A stretch of 29,411 nt of DNA. Source: a virus (lineage: Duplodnaviria; Caudoviricetes). Position numbers and translations under genes: made by a program. Below the pieces are notes generated by a model. The model searched no databases and was not told the origin of the DNA. It was given only the letters and a program-made list of their open reading frames with translations. Positions 7,939-17,039 of the stretch are shown piece by piece; within the stretch, counting starts at the first letter, position 1, and the number at the start of each line of letters is the position of its first letter. The DNA is taken from the IMG/VR virus record IMGVR_UViG_3300012031_000056, positions 1-29,411 of that record. The stretch is one strand, 5' to 3'.

Positions 7939-8168
7939 CACACGTCAACCTTGCGGGTGCGCAGGGCTTTATCCCCAAAGTAGATGCCATTCAGACCTTT
8001 CACAGTGAGGGTTCCAACGACCTTGGGCATCTCCCGACCGGACTGGAACGTCGGCTCTTGCAGGTCTTTCAAGGAAGGCGGCGTCGGCTGTTTCGGCTTG
8101 GGCATAAGCAAGTATCCGAGGATGCTCAGACCGACAGCTACGATGACTTGGATCAGCCATATGGGCAT
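7938..8168 (-). CDS. Small tail-tip assembly protein (76 aa)
   Basis: Hydrophobic N-terminus, PKPKQP, then PT..GREMP.V.GT..VKG.N..YFGD, as in small gpI-like tip proteins. Confidence 0.75.
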   Translation of the reverse strand: MPIWLIQVIVAVGLSILGYLLMPKPKQPTPPSLKDLQEPTFQSGREMPKVVGTLTVKGLNGIYFGDKALRTRKVDV

Positions 8169-8169
8169 A

Positions 8170-9027
8170 TCAAAAACCCCTTTCTCGGATCGGGTTCTCC
8201 GTAGGAATCCACGGCTGCCCGCCGTAGTTGTTGGCGTTGTTGTGCAACCTGACGCAATGCTCCAAGGTGCGGGCGCAGCCGAGATGGACCGTTATGTCGT
8301 CGCCCACGGCGAGACCACGCAAGGGGCCGAGAAGGTCCACATAGTCGCTTCCTGCGTCACGGATTGTCAGGAACTCTGCACCTTGAGGCCCCTCCCACGT
8401 CGCGTAGCCGCCCACATAGTCCGAAGGGTTGGTATCCGTCTTGCGCCAGCCGGTAGCAGCGACAAAGTGAACCCGACCCGGGACAAGGGGGCTTATGATC
8501 GAGACGACGTTCGCCGTGGCCCCCGCCGACCGGGAGGCCGCACACCGGGTCTCGTAGAGTGGGTGGCCGCACGTCCACGAATAGAACCTTTGCAGGCCGG
8601 GCATTTCCAGATCGGATACTGGCGTCTTGCACTCAAGGGTCGCCTCGGAGCCTTCCCGGTTGCTCTCCGTGATAATGCCTGCCCAGACCGTGCTGAAGTC
8701 GGACAAGTTCTGAGCCGTTGCGGGAACCGCAGGCATCTGGCCGACCCGGATTACCAATCCGACGACGACGTTCGGCGGGAACTGCACGAAGAGTTCCGCG
8801 AGCGCGCAGTCGAGAGGCATCTTCAGTTGGATATTCGACTGTTGCCCGTTGCCTTCGACCTTGGCCGAGTTGCGAGTAATCGCCACCGGCTCATAAGTTT
8901 CACCGCCCACGATCAGGGCAACAGGCGCGTCCGTGTAGCGAAACAAGGACGCCGCCTCGCGGCCATAGACAACCTCGAAAATCTCGACAGGCCGCGTGGA
9001 GTCAACTGATCCTTGGAAGTATGGCAT
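8170..9027 (-). CDS. DUF2163/BR0599-family tail tip protein (gpL-like)
   Basis: FRYTD..TYEPVAITR at the N-terminus; Cys motifs TCGHPLYETRC and GCARTLEHC..NYGGQPWIPTENP. Confidence 0.88.
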   Translation of the reverse strand: MPYFQGSVDSTRPVEIFEVVYGREAASLFRYTDAPVALIVGGETYEPVAITRNSAKVEGNGQQSNIQLKMPLDCALAELFVQFPPNVVVGLVIRVGQMPAVPATAQNLSDFSTVWAGIITESNREGSEATLECKTPVSDLEMPGLQRFYSWTCGHPLYETRCAASRSAGATANVVSIISPLVPGRVHFVAATGWRKTDTNPSDYVGGYATWEGPQGAEFLTIRDAGSDYVDLLGPLRGLAVGDDITVHLGCARTLEHCVRLHNNANNYGGQPWIPTENPIRERGF

Positions 9028-9030
9028 GGG

Positions 9031-10725
9031 TCACTCATCAGGTTCGGGCGGTTCATCTAGGGAGAGAAGGGTCACGGTAGATTCCGCCACTTCCCCGGTG
9101 CGCAGGGCCACCGTAAGCCGATCTTGGTCGAAACGATAGAGGCCATACGGCTCAGCCGTGACCGGCAGCGGGACGGTGATCGGCTGGTAGGTCTCGAATA
9201 TGTCGTAGTCCTCGGGAAGATCGGCCCAAGACAGGCTAAACTCATGGCGCGTGGTCAGAATGTCATCCGTCGTGCCGAGTTGCATAAACGCCAATTCGAT
9301 CCGCATGAACCAAGCCTCTACAGGCACGGCAAGGTTCACCGCTCCGTTATAGTAGATGCCAGTGCTAGGGGCATCGTCGCCATCCACGCTATAGTCATAT
9401 ACCTCCTGCCTCTGGCCGCGCGTTCGGTTCCCATCCGAGTCCCAGCGTTCCCGGTTATCTACGTTTTGGTTGTGGTCGAAGTCAACTTCGAGGGTGAACA
9501 ACCCGTTTGACAGCGGCGGGCCAGCGGGACTGCCATCCACATAGGAACAGAACACGGTCCAATTAAGGGTCACGAGGCCCGCTTCGATGTGGGCGCGGCT
9601 AGGGCCGGAAGGAGTCTCGATCTGAAAGGTTTCTTTCACGGGAAACAACCCCCCCTGAAAAGTTACCGGAACGCCACGTCGCCCGGCATATCTAGACATG
9701 CGGTCCACAAGCTGCACCGAACCGTCAGAGCCGGTCAACTCGAAAAGGTCTGGCCCACGGCGGCTGAAGGGATAAAGCCCCGGATAGTGTTCAAGCGCGC
9801 TGGCGTTCAGCCCGGTCGGCCCGGGTTCATCAGGATAGACCACCGTGCCCATGACCAGTTTCGGCTGGTAGGTCCGCGCAAAGAACCTTTTTTGCCTGCC
9901 ATAGTGGCGTATGAAGAAGTCGGTGAAAGCCTCCACTTCCTCCCCGTCCACAAGCAGATGCTGCTCTTGCCGGTTGAACCCATAGGTGGAATGGGGAGCG
10001 TAGAGGTCGCGCAGCCCGTGCCGGGACACGACTTCCTCCAAGTAGGGCGTTTCTCTGATCGTCAAACCGTCTCGCCAGTTGGCGCGAAAGTCGAACAACT
10101 CCAAAGGTAGCTGTCCGGGCGTCGTGTGACTCCGACGCGCTGTGGTCAGGGGTAGGGCGGGCGATCTGCCGTCGAAGTCAAATCGGGGCTTAGCGGCCAA
10201 CCCCATGCGCCGGGAGACGATCTGGAAGGTGTTGCTGTCGTGCCGGAAGGCTTGCCGGGCGAGGTATGCCCGTGAACCCGCAGGCCACGCCCTCAGGAGG
10301 CCCGTAGCGAGCGTGGCATTGTTCGCGCCAGTGAAGTCCACCACAACCCCTTCGTCCGCGTCAGGACCGTGCAGGATGAGCCTCACGTCATCGTCCAGCC
10401 ACGCCGGGACTGCGCCGGTAAGGGACAACAGCGTGTCCCCTACATCAGCCGCCGCACTGAGCCTGACCGACTTGTAGAAGTAGGGCACGATCAGGGGGGC
10501 GTTCGGGGTCTGTCTGAGGTCGAACAGCGCGGCCAGCTTCCCCATACGCGCCCACGAACCGAACGACACCGCCGTCTTGGGGAACGGCAGCCACCCGACA
10601 CGTTGTTCAGTCCCGTCGCGCGAGACGTTGATCCGCGTGTCGAACTCAAATTCCATTTCCATAGACTGCGCGAAGTTCGGCCAGAAAGGAGCCGCGCCGC
10701 CGTATCGAGTCCAGTTTTCACCCAT
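9031..10725 (-). CDS. Distal tail (Dit-like) protein
   Basis: Directly after the tape measure; start likely the ATG at 10725, overlapping the TMP end. Motifs WPN..EFEFDT..SRDGTEQR and DFF..GRQKRFF, and R.DQD.L near the C-terminus. Confidence 0.72.
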   Translation of the reverse strand: MGENWTRYGGAAPFWPNFAQSMEMEFEFDTRINVSRDGTEQRVGWLPFPKTAVSFGSWARMGKLAALFDLRQTPNAPLIVPYFYKSVRLSAAADVGDTLLSLTGAVPAWLDDDVRLILHGPDADEGVVVDFTGANNATLATGLLRAWPAGSRAYLARQAFRHDSNTFQIVSRRMGLAAKPRFDFDGRSPALPLTTARRSHTTPGQLPLELFDFRANWRDGLTIRETPYLEEVVSRHGLRDLYAPHSTYGFNRQEQHLLVDGEEVEAFTDFFIRHYGRQKRFFARTYQPKLVMGTVVYPDEPGPTGLNASALEHYPGLYPFSRRGPDLFELTGSDGSVQLVDRMSRYAGRRGVPVTFQGGLFPVKETFQIETPSGPSRAHIEAGLVTLNWTVFCSYVDGSPAGPPLSNGLFTLEVDFDHNQNVDNRERWDSDGNRTRGQRQEVYDYSVDGDDAPSTGIYYNGAVNLAVPVEAWFMRIELAFMQLGTTDDILTTRHEFSLSWADLPEDYDIFETYQPITVPLPVTAEPYGLYRFDQDRLTVALRTGEVAESTVTLLSLDEPPEPDE

Positions 10726-13700
10726 TGAGAATCGCCTTGAAAGAGTCTTTGTTGGCACGAATATGGTTCAGCAAGAGGTTGCCACCTTTGTCGGCTGCCA
10801 GAGCCGCGCGCATGACCGCTTCGCCGTCCACGAGGTTGTAGATCGTCATCTCGCCGCCACCGCCACCGCCACCGCTCGGCTTGCTGCTCTGGTTGTTGGG
10901 GTGCAGAGGGTCGTTCTCCGACGCCATATACTCGCCCTCTTTGGCGATGATCGGGACTTCGCCCGGGGACAACCCGCCGATCATGCCGCCGCCGTGGTAG
11001 CGGGCTGCACTCGCAAAGACGCCGGGGTTGACGGTCTTGACCCGGTTGCCCCCGCCGACGCGCTTCGAGCCGACCCGCCCGCCCGTGTGGCCGGTGGCCG
11101 CAGTGATACCGACAAACGACCCGAAAGACGTTCCGCCAAAGGCCATTTGCAGCGCGTTGAAGATCGCCTGCTTCAGGATCATCTGTGCGATCTGGACTAG
11201 GAAATCACCAACAAATTGCAGGAAGGCGTCTCGGGCAGCGTCAAGCCGGTTCTCGCCGTTGGCGACCGCTTGCGCAAACTGGTCGAACCCCTTGGCTAGG
11301 CCCTCAATGAAAAGACCCGAGAGGGTATCCCACTTCAGGTAGGCGTTGTCCGCGTCCTGACCGAAGTTCTGAGTTTCGAGCCGGGCCGTGCCGAGTTGCG
11401 CGATAGCCGTCTCTGCTGCCGTGCCGCCGACCGCCTCCCAGAGTTTCTCGGCGTTGTCGATTGCGGTCAGAAGTTCAAGGTTGACCGCCGAGATTTGCTC
11501 TTGGAGTTCCATCGCCTTTTCGGTGTCACCGTTCTCGATGGAGGCTTCCAGCAGTTCTTGCAGCGCAGTTCGTTTCTCCGTGAGTTCGTTGATCCGCTCT
11601 TGAGCCTTCTCGGCGGCTTCGAGTTCGTCTGTGACCCCGGCACCAGCCCGTTCAGCGTCGTAGAGCGCAGACGTGCGCGTCGTCAGCAGGGCAATCTCCT
11701 GCGCAGTGATGTTGGGGTCGCTCGCCTTCGCTTGGCGAATAGCCGCCTCGATCAGAGCCTGCCGTTCGAGTCCCTGATTCATGAGATCCTGCTGGCGGAT
11801 AGCAAACTCGGCGTCGTCAAGAGTGCTGCCGGTAGCCTCCCTTTGTGCAGCCGTTTCCTCGGCCAGACGCGAGGCTTCCGTAGCCGCGTCATTTGCCAGA
11901 TCGCCCGCTGCCGCAAGGTCGAACGTCTCTCCTGCCAACGCTTCCACGGCTGCCAGTTGATCCGGCAAGATGTTGGGGTTGGCTGCCAGCGCCGCATTCC
12001 GCGCTTGGAGGATCTCAGCCTCACGTTCACGCCCCTCGTTGATGAGTTGCTGGACCTCAAGCTGTTGCCGCCCCTCTGCAAGGGCTTGGTTCTGGTCAAG
12101 TGTCGGCTGCGCACCTTCGATTTCCCGCTGCGCTGTCCCATCGGGGTCTGTGGTTGTCACGAAGATCGCAGCCTCTTGGGCGCGGCGACGGGCATTGATG
12201 CCCCCGTTGTCGTTAGACAGGCCAATGATCGCTTCTGCGATAGCGGCGTCACTGGCCCCGGCATTGATTGGGCCAGCAACCCGGCCCGGCAAATTGCCAT
12301 AATTGTAGGCGATGCTGGTCAGCACAGCCTGCTGACTCTCCTCCATGCCCCGGAAGGTGTCTGCCCCGATCTGCCCAATGATGACGTTCTGAAACTCCAC
12401 CAAACGACGGGCCAGATCAGCTTCAGCTTCGTCTCGGGTAACTCGGCTTGATTGCTGGACCGTTTGGACTGACCCGTTGCGCATGAACGTGTTGGAACCG
12501 TATCCAGCGCGCCAGATATCTGGGCCAACCTGATTCCCGTTCGCGTCGGTAGCGGGGTCGTTGTAGGGCACATTTCGGAAGCCCTCTTTGTCACGCACAA
12601 GTTGTGCGGAACGCTCGATGGCAGAACCTGTGAGCGGCGCACCCGCCGCAAGGTTGGCCGTAAATTCTCCGAGGAAGTTACCCAAGCCGCCGACGGCATC
12701 GTTGAGCGTGGTCCCGAGGTTTCCAAAACGCCCTGTGAGACCATCGAACGCACCGCCGATACCCTCCATCAAAGTGGTGATCTTGCCGAGGTCGCCCATC
12801 AGAACGTCAAAGATGCCCGACCACTGGAACCCGCCGATGGCAGTCGTCAATTCGTCCCATGCTTTGTTGACGTCCACGATTTCAAGGGCCGCTGCGAGAG
12901 CATCGTTGCGCAGCTTCACCATCGCATCCGACTCTTCGAGCCGGGCAAAATACTCCTCCATCTCTGGAAGTTCTTTGAGTATGTCCCGCAGCGACCCGGT
13001 GAGTTTGTCCGTAGCCTCTTCCAGCTTCTCTATCGCTTCGGCTGCATCGTCGCTGCTGGTCGCAAACGCTGCGATATCAGAAGCTGCTTCGGCCCCCCGG
13101 TTCGCAAGCCGTTCCATCGCAGCTTCGGCTTCTTCAGCAGTGCCTGTGTAAAGGGTCAGTATGTCGCGGGCCTGATCCATCGCAGTGTAGGCTTCGTCAA
13201 ACTCTTTGGCACCATCGTCAAGCGCGTTGGCAAGGTCCATGTTGGCATCGGAACCGTCGCGGAAGGTCTCTGCCAGCTTGTCAAGTTCGGCGCGCAGATC
13301 TCGGGCGTCAACCTCGCCGCGCGTGACACTCTGCAACAGTTCGTCTACCGCGTCCTGATATTCCCGGCTGGCCTCACCAAAGAGGCGCGCAAGGTTCAAC
13401 CCGAACAAGTTGGTTGCTGCCGTGCCTTGATCGGCTCGAAGCGCATCACCGATATTTTTGGCGCTATCCTGCACGGCTTCTTCGAGAAGTTGCAGGTTAT
13501 TGCGGGCCTCTGTAACCGACCCGGACGTCACCGCTGCCATGAACTCCGCGACAGAACCATTAGCTTCTTCGTAGGCTTGCTGGACGTCCCCCATGATCCT
13601 TTCGTGGGATTCCATCGCCGTGTTCATGGCGCTCGCACCCGTCAACCACTTACCAATCAGCGCACCGGCAACGACAAGCAGGACGCCAACGCCCGTCGCA

Positions 13701-16219
13701 GACAGGAAGCCGATCACAGCAGCGCGAAGGGCAATAAACCCTCCTGTCGCTGCCCCCGCAGCCCCAGCGGTAGCAGTAAGCCCAGCGGCAGCAGCCCGTG
13801 CCCGTGCAGGTATCAGCAGCATCGAAGCCACCAACCCGTAGAAAGCGGTCGCCAGACGGGTGACAATCGTAACAGACTTCAGGCCAATGGCAGCGCCGAT
13901 GACAATGCCGACCGTCTCGAAGTTCCGAACAAGGAAACCAGCCGCCTCGGCCAAGGTAGCGAAAAGCTGCGACACGCGCTCTGTGAAAGTCTGGAAAGAA
14001 GCAGATTCCAAAAGTTCAATCAGGTCACGAATCAGATCGACAAATGCCTCAATGAAACCCGCTTCGCCGAACACGATCAACGCACCGAAAGCGGCGTTCT
14101 GAAGCCGCCCGAGTTCCGCCGCAGTGCTGGTCAGAGCCTGCGCCAGACCGGGGCCAAACCTGCGGGTCAGTTCATCAGCAAAGGGCAGCAGCGCATCCGC
14201 CGTGATCTGGCCCTGCTCCATCATCTTGATGAGTTCGCCGGTCGTAAGCCCCAGACCATCGGCCATGATCTGAAGCGCACCGGGCAGTCGGTCGCCCAAC
14301 TGCTGCCGAAGTTCCTCCATCTGGACCGCGCCCTTGGACACGATCTGCGTCAGCGCGGTAAAGATGCCCGAGAGTTGTTCGTTGCTGATCCGTGCGACCC
14401 GAGCCGCCTCAGCAACCGATACGAAAATGTCACGGGTCCGCTGGCCCGCAAGGTTGGTGCCCTGCGTGGCGATGGAGAACCTCGAAAACTCCGTCGAAAG
14501 AGTTCCGAGGTTGATGCCAAGCCGGTTCGCTTGGAAGCGCAGGTAGTCGAGGTCTGCGCCGGTCTGCGCAAAATTTCCGTTGTTCGCGACGTTGAGGCGA
14601 GCCGTAGCCGCTTCAAGAACCTGCATAGCGTCCACAGTCTGCCGCAGCAGATTGATGACCCCGTAGAGGCCCCCGTAGGCGGCGATCATCGACAGGACTT
14701 CGCCGCGCAGGCGCTGGTTTACGCTCAACGATTGTCGGCTGCCCCCGTAGAGGCGGTTATATTCCTGCCGTAGTTCGCTGATCTTCGGCTTGGCCCTTCT
14801 TGCTTCATCGCCAAGCCGACGAATATCCGCCGCAGCTTTGGCCGACGACGATCTCTGCTGCGCCTTGTTCAGTTCGTCAATCGCGCGACGGGCCTTGTAT
14901 CCGTCGTTCGTCAATTCCCTCAGGTCTGCGGCGAGGCGATCTTGTTCAGCCCCGAAAGACCTCATGCTCTTGGACACGCCTTCGAGACTGGTGCCGTTCT
15001 TGCGGTATTCAGCGCCCAGCTTTCGCAGGGTCTCTTCCTGCCGTAGCATCTTCAACCCGGCTTCGTCAGCAGCCTGTTCCAGCTTGGCGAGGTTCTGCGC
15101 CATCTCGCGGGTGGGCACCCCGGCAGCGGCGATCTCAGTCCGGTAAGCGCGAACCCGAGCCGACAGGTCACTGACGTCTTGCTTGGCACTGTTGAAGGCA
15201 AGACCCTGTTTGACAATCTGGTCTCCCAGCTTGTTGACTGAGATAGCTGCCAGTTCTTTCAACGCAACTTCGGTCGCAGCAGACTTGGACCTAAGCTGGT
15301 CCAGAGCGGCTGCCGCTTTGTCGTATCCACCCTTTGCCCGCGCGCCGCCTGCGGCAGCATCGGCCAGAGCCTTCTCCAAGCCTTTCTGCTCGACCCGAGC
15401 CTTGCGCGCAGAGTCAGTCAATTTCTCGTGGGCTTGAGCAAGGGCTTCGACCTTGGCCTTCGCTTTGGTGACGTTTGCGTTGGCCCTTGCCACGCCGCCG
15501 CTGGCGCTGGTCAGTTCCTTGGTGGACTTCTTCACCGCCGCGCCGAGGCCCGTGTATTCAGCCTTCAAAGACGCAAGGGCGGCTTCGTTCTTGGCGACGT
15601 TACGGGAATTGGAATCAAACTGCGCTTGAAGCGAAGGTGAGATCGCCGCAACAGAGGTCATCCTTGCCGAGAGTTCGGAATACCGGGCCGACACCTTAAC
15701 CAGTGCGGCCTCTTGCCTGCCAATGAGGGCCGGGAGTTCAGCAAGCCGAGATTGCAGTTTGTCCTGCGCGGCGGAAGCGTCCACCTGCGCCTTGGAAGAA
15801 ACGCGGGCAGCAGCGGCAGCTTCTTTCAGTGCCTTGCTTTGCTTGGCCTGCGCAGCGATAGACCGCGCGATCTTGGCGTCATACTGAGCGACCGCCTTAC
15901 CAGCGTCCTTCAGCTTTTTCTCGTATTCCTTGATCGAGGTATTTCCGGTTTCGGTCTCGACCCTAAGCCGGTCCACAGCCTGCGCGGCTTCGTCCAGTTG
16001 GGCGCGCAGTTTGCTCGCACCGTCGAGGCCACCGAAAGCCTTCTCCACCGCGTCAAGGGCTTTGGTGATCTGACCAAGAGAACTGGAAGTCTTTTGAGCC
16101 TGACCATCGAGTTCCTGCTGACCGGCCCGGAAGTCTTCAAGGGAGGCGCTGATCCGGTCAAGGGCGCTGCTGGCCTTGTCCTGTGCGTTGATGACAAGGC
16201 TGACGTCTTTCCGTGCCAT
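10718..16219 (-). CDS. Tail tape measure protein (1833 aa) with an internal GH24 lysozyme domain
   Basis: Long Ala-rich coiled coil; tape-measure motif ALTQIVSKGAVQMEELRQQLGDRLPGA; hydrophobic segments; C-terminal RYHGGG..GEVPIIAKEGE. Follows the chaperones. Confidence 0.95.
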   Translation of the reverse strand: MARKDVSLVINAQDKASSALDRISASLEDFRAGQQELDGQAQKTSSSLGQITKALDAVEKAFGGLDGASKLRAQLDEAAQAVDRLRVETETGNTSIKEYEKKLKDAGKAVAQYDAKIARSIAAQAKQSKALKEAAAAARVSSKAQVDASAAQDKLQSRLAELPALIGRQEAALVKVSARYSELSARMTSVAAISPSLQAQFDSNSRNVAKNEAALASLKAEYTGLGAAVKKSTKELTSASGGVARANANVTKAKAKVEALAQAHEKLTDSARKARVEQKGLEKALADAAAGGARAKGGYDKAAAALDQLRSKSAATEVALKELAAISVNKLGDQIVKQGLAFNSAKQDVSDLSARVRAYRTEIAAAGVPTREMAQNLAKLEQAADEAGLKMLRQEETLRKLGAEYRKNGTSLEGVSKSMRSFGAEQDRLAADLRELTNDGYKARRAIDELNKAQQRSSSAKAAADIRRLGDEARRAKPKISELRQEYNRLYGGSRQSLSVNQRLRGEVLSMIAAYGGLYGVINLLRQTVDAMQVLEAATARLNVANNGNFAQTGADLDYLRFQANRLGINLGTLSTEFSRFSIATQGTNLAGQRTRDIFVSVAEAARVARISNEQLSGIFTALTQIVSKGAVQMEELRQQLGDRLPGALQIMADGLGLTTGELIKMMEQGQITADALLPFADELTRRFGPGLAQALTSTAAELGRLQNAAFGALIVFGEAGFIEAFVDLIRDLIELLESASFQTFTERVSQLFATLAEAAGFLVRNFETVGIVIGAAIGLKSVTIVTRLATAFYGLVASMLLIPARARAAAAGLTATAGAAGAATGGFIALRAAVIGFLSATGVGVLLVVAGALIGKWLTGASAMNTAMESHERIMGDVQQAYEEANGSVAEFMAAVTSGSVTEARNNLQLLEEAVQDSAKNIGDALRADQGTAATNLFGLNLARLFGEASREYQDAVDELLQSVTRGEVDARDLRAELDKLAETFRDGSDANMDLANALDDGAKEFDEAYTAMDQARDILTLYTGTAEEAEAAMERLANRGAEAASDIAAFATSSDDAAEAIEKLEEATDKLTGSLRDILKELPEMEEYFARLEESDAMVKLRNDALAAALEIVDVNKAWDELTTAIGGFQWSGIFDVLMGDLGKITTLMEGIGGAFDGLTGRFGNLGTTLNDAVGGLGNFLGEFTANLAAGAPLTGSAIERSAQLVRDKEGFRNVPYNDPATDANGNQVGPDIWRAGYGSNTFMRNGSVQTVQQSSRVTRDEAEADLARRLVEFQNVIIGQIGADTFRGMEESQQAVLTSIAYNYGNLPGRVAGPINAGASDAAIAEAIIGLSNDNGGINARRRAQEAAIFVTTTDPDGTAQREIEGAQPTLDQNQALAEGRQQLEVQQLINEGREREAEILQARNAALAANPNILPDQLAAVEALAGETFDLAAAGDLANDAATEASRLAEETAAQREATGSTLDDAEFAIRQQDLMNQGLERQALIEAAIRQAKASDPNITAQEIALLTTRTSALYDAERAGAGVTDELEAAEKAQERINELTEKRTALQELLEASIENGDTEKAMELQEQISAVNLELLTAIDNAEKLWEAVGGTAAETAIAQLGTARLETQNFGQDADNAYLKWDTLSGLFIEGLAKGFDQFAQAVANGENRLDAARDAFLQFVGDFLVQIAQMILKQAIFNALQMAFGGTSFGSFVGITAATGHTGGRVGSKRVGGGNRVKTVNPGVFASAARYHGGGMIGGLSPGEVPIIAKEGEYMASENDPLHPNNQSSKPSGGGGGGGEMTIYNLVDGEAVMRAALAADKGGNLLLNHIRANKDSFKAILNG

Positions 16220-16231
16220 CTGGCGCTACTC

Positions 16232-16597
16232 CTAGTCCGAGTTCTCCGGGTCGGCTGCCTGCCAGTCATGGCCTGCCTTCAAGGGCCGTGTCTCGAAGTT
16301 GAGTTTTTTCATCAGCCTTTGAAGAGCGGAACCGCCTTTTTTCGACACTACAGCGCCGTGCGCGTGTTGCGCAAGGACGGTCTCTAGCTTCATGCGCGCG
16401 TTGCCCCGCTCCATGACGATGTTGGCCTCATCGAAGACCCTACCGAGGGAGTAGCTGTAGGCCAAGGCGTGACCCTCGGAGAGCAACAAACTTACTTGGC
16501 GACGGAGCGACCAGTAGAAGTCTTCAAAGTCGGGGGTTTCATCCCCTTCAGCGCCCCAAAGACCATCATCGCCGTCTGACTCAGGGACGCCAACAGC
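16232..16597 (-). CDS. Tail assembly chaperone gpT part, reached by a -1 frameshift
   Basis: The -1 frame is open from the slippery site (AVGVPESD...FEDFYWSLRRQVSLLLSEGH...) to the stop at 16232. The track ORF at 16489 has only a TTG start and no evident RBS. Confidence 0.82.
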   Translation of the reverse strand, partial: AVGVPESDGDDGLWGAEGDETPDFEDFYWSLRRQVSLLLSEGHALAYSYSLGRVFDEANIVMERGNARMKLETVLAQHAHGAVVSKKGGSALQRLMKKLNFETRPLKAGHDWQAADPENSD

Positions 16598-16983
16598 TTT
16601 TTTACAGTGGCCTCCGAGTGCAGCGTTTCGCGGAACAGCGTGTCGTAGATTGCAAGCTGGTCAACCAGAGGCAACGTGGCAGCCATCGCTCGGCCATCTT
16701 CGTTGTTGTCGTCGTTCGCCATAGCAATCAGCGCCGACATAAGGCCGGGGGCCTCTTCCAACAGGGACTCCAACGTCTCCCGAACGGTCGCTTCATCCAG
16801 CGTCCTGTTCTTTGCCATCTCCACCAGCTTGGCATAGGAAATGCTGACCTGAGGCCCGAACTCGGAGAGCAGGGACATGATATCGGTCACGTTGATAGGG
16901 CGAATTTCGATTTCGACGCCGATACTCAGTTCGACTGTCGGAATGTGGTAGACGATACCACTCAGCTTCGTCTTCTTTTTCAT
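16492..16983 (-). CDS. Tail assembly chaperone (gpG-like)
   Basis: Lies between tail tube and tape measure, and carries A AAA AAG in frame near its 3' end. Confidence 0.85.
   Translation of the reverse strand: MKKKTKLSGIVYHIPTVELSIGVEIEIRPINVTDIMSLLSEFGPQVSISYAKLVEMAKNRTLDEATVRETLESLLEEAPGLMSALIAMANDDNNEDGRAMAATLPLVDQLAIYDTLFRETLHSEATVKKLLASLSQTAMMVFGALKGMKPPTLKTSTGRSVAK
16597..16603 (-). other. -1 ribosomal frameshift slippery heptamer A AAA AAG
   Basis: GTA AAA AAG (Val-Lys-Lys) is in the correct X XXY YYZ phase, and the -1 frame joins the downstream ORF. Confidence 0.85.
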
Positions 16984-17010
16984 GTTTGAAATCCAGTGTC
17001 AGGAGGTTGT

Positions 17011-17032
17011 GGGGCGAGCCGAAGCCCGCCCC
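17011..17032 (-). terminator. cUUCGg tetraloop hairpin after the tail tube gene
   Basis: GGGGCGGGC-TTCG-GCTCGCCCC on the minus strand: a 9-bp stem with one G-U pair and no U-tract. Confidence 0.6.
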
Positions 17033-17039
17033 CGTGCGC

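Noticed and set aside
10850-10875. (CCGCCA)n short repeat
   Set aside because: It simply encodes the poly-Gly linker near the tape measure C-terminus.
12602-14773. 723-aa plus-strand ORF, and similar long antisense ORFs at 22966-24531, 16986-18194, 21407-22573, 24582-25781 and 780-1952
   Set aside because: They are shadows of high-GC genes on the opposite strand, with no recognisable motifs and complete overlap with well-supported genes.
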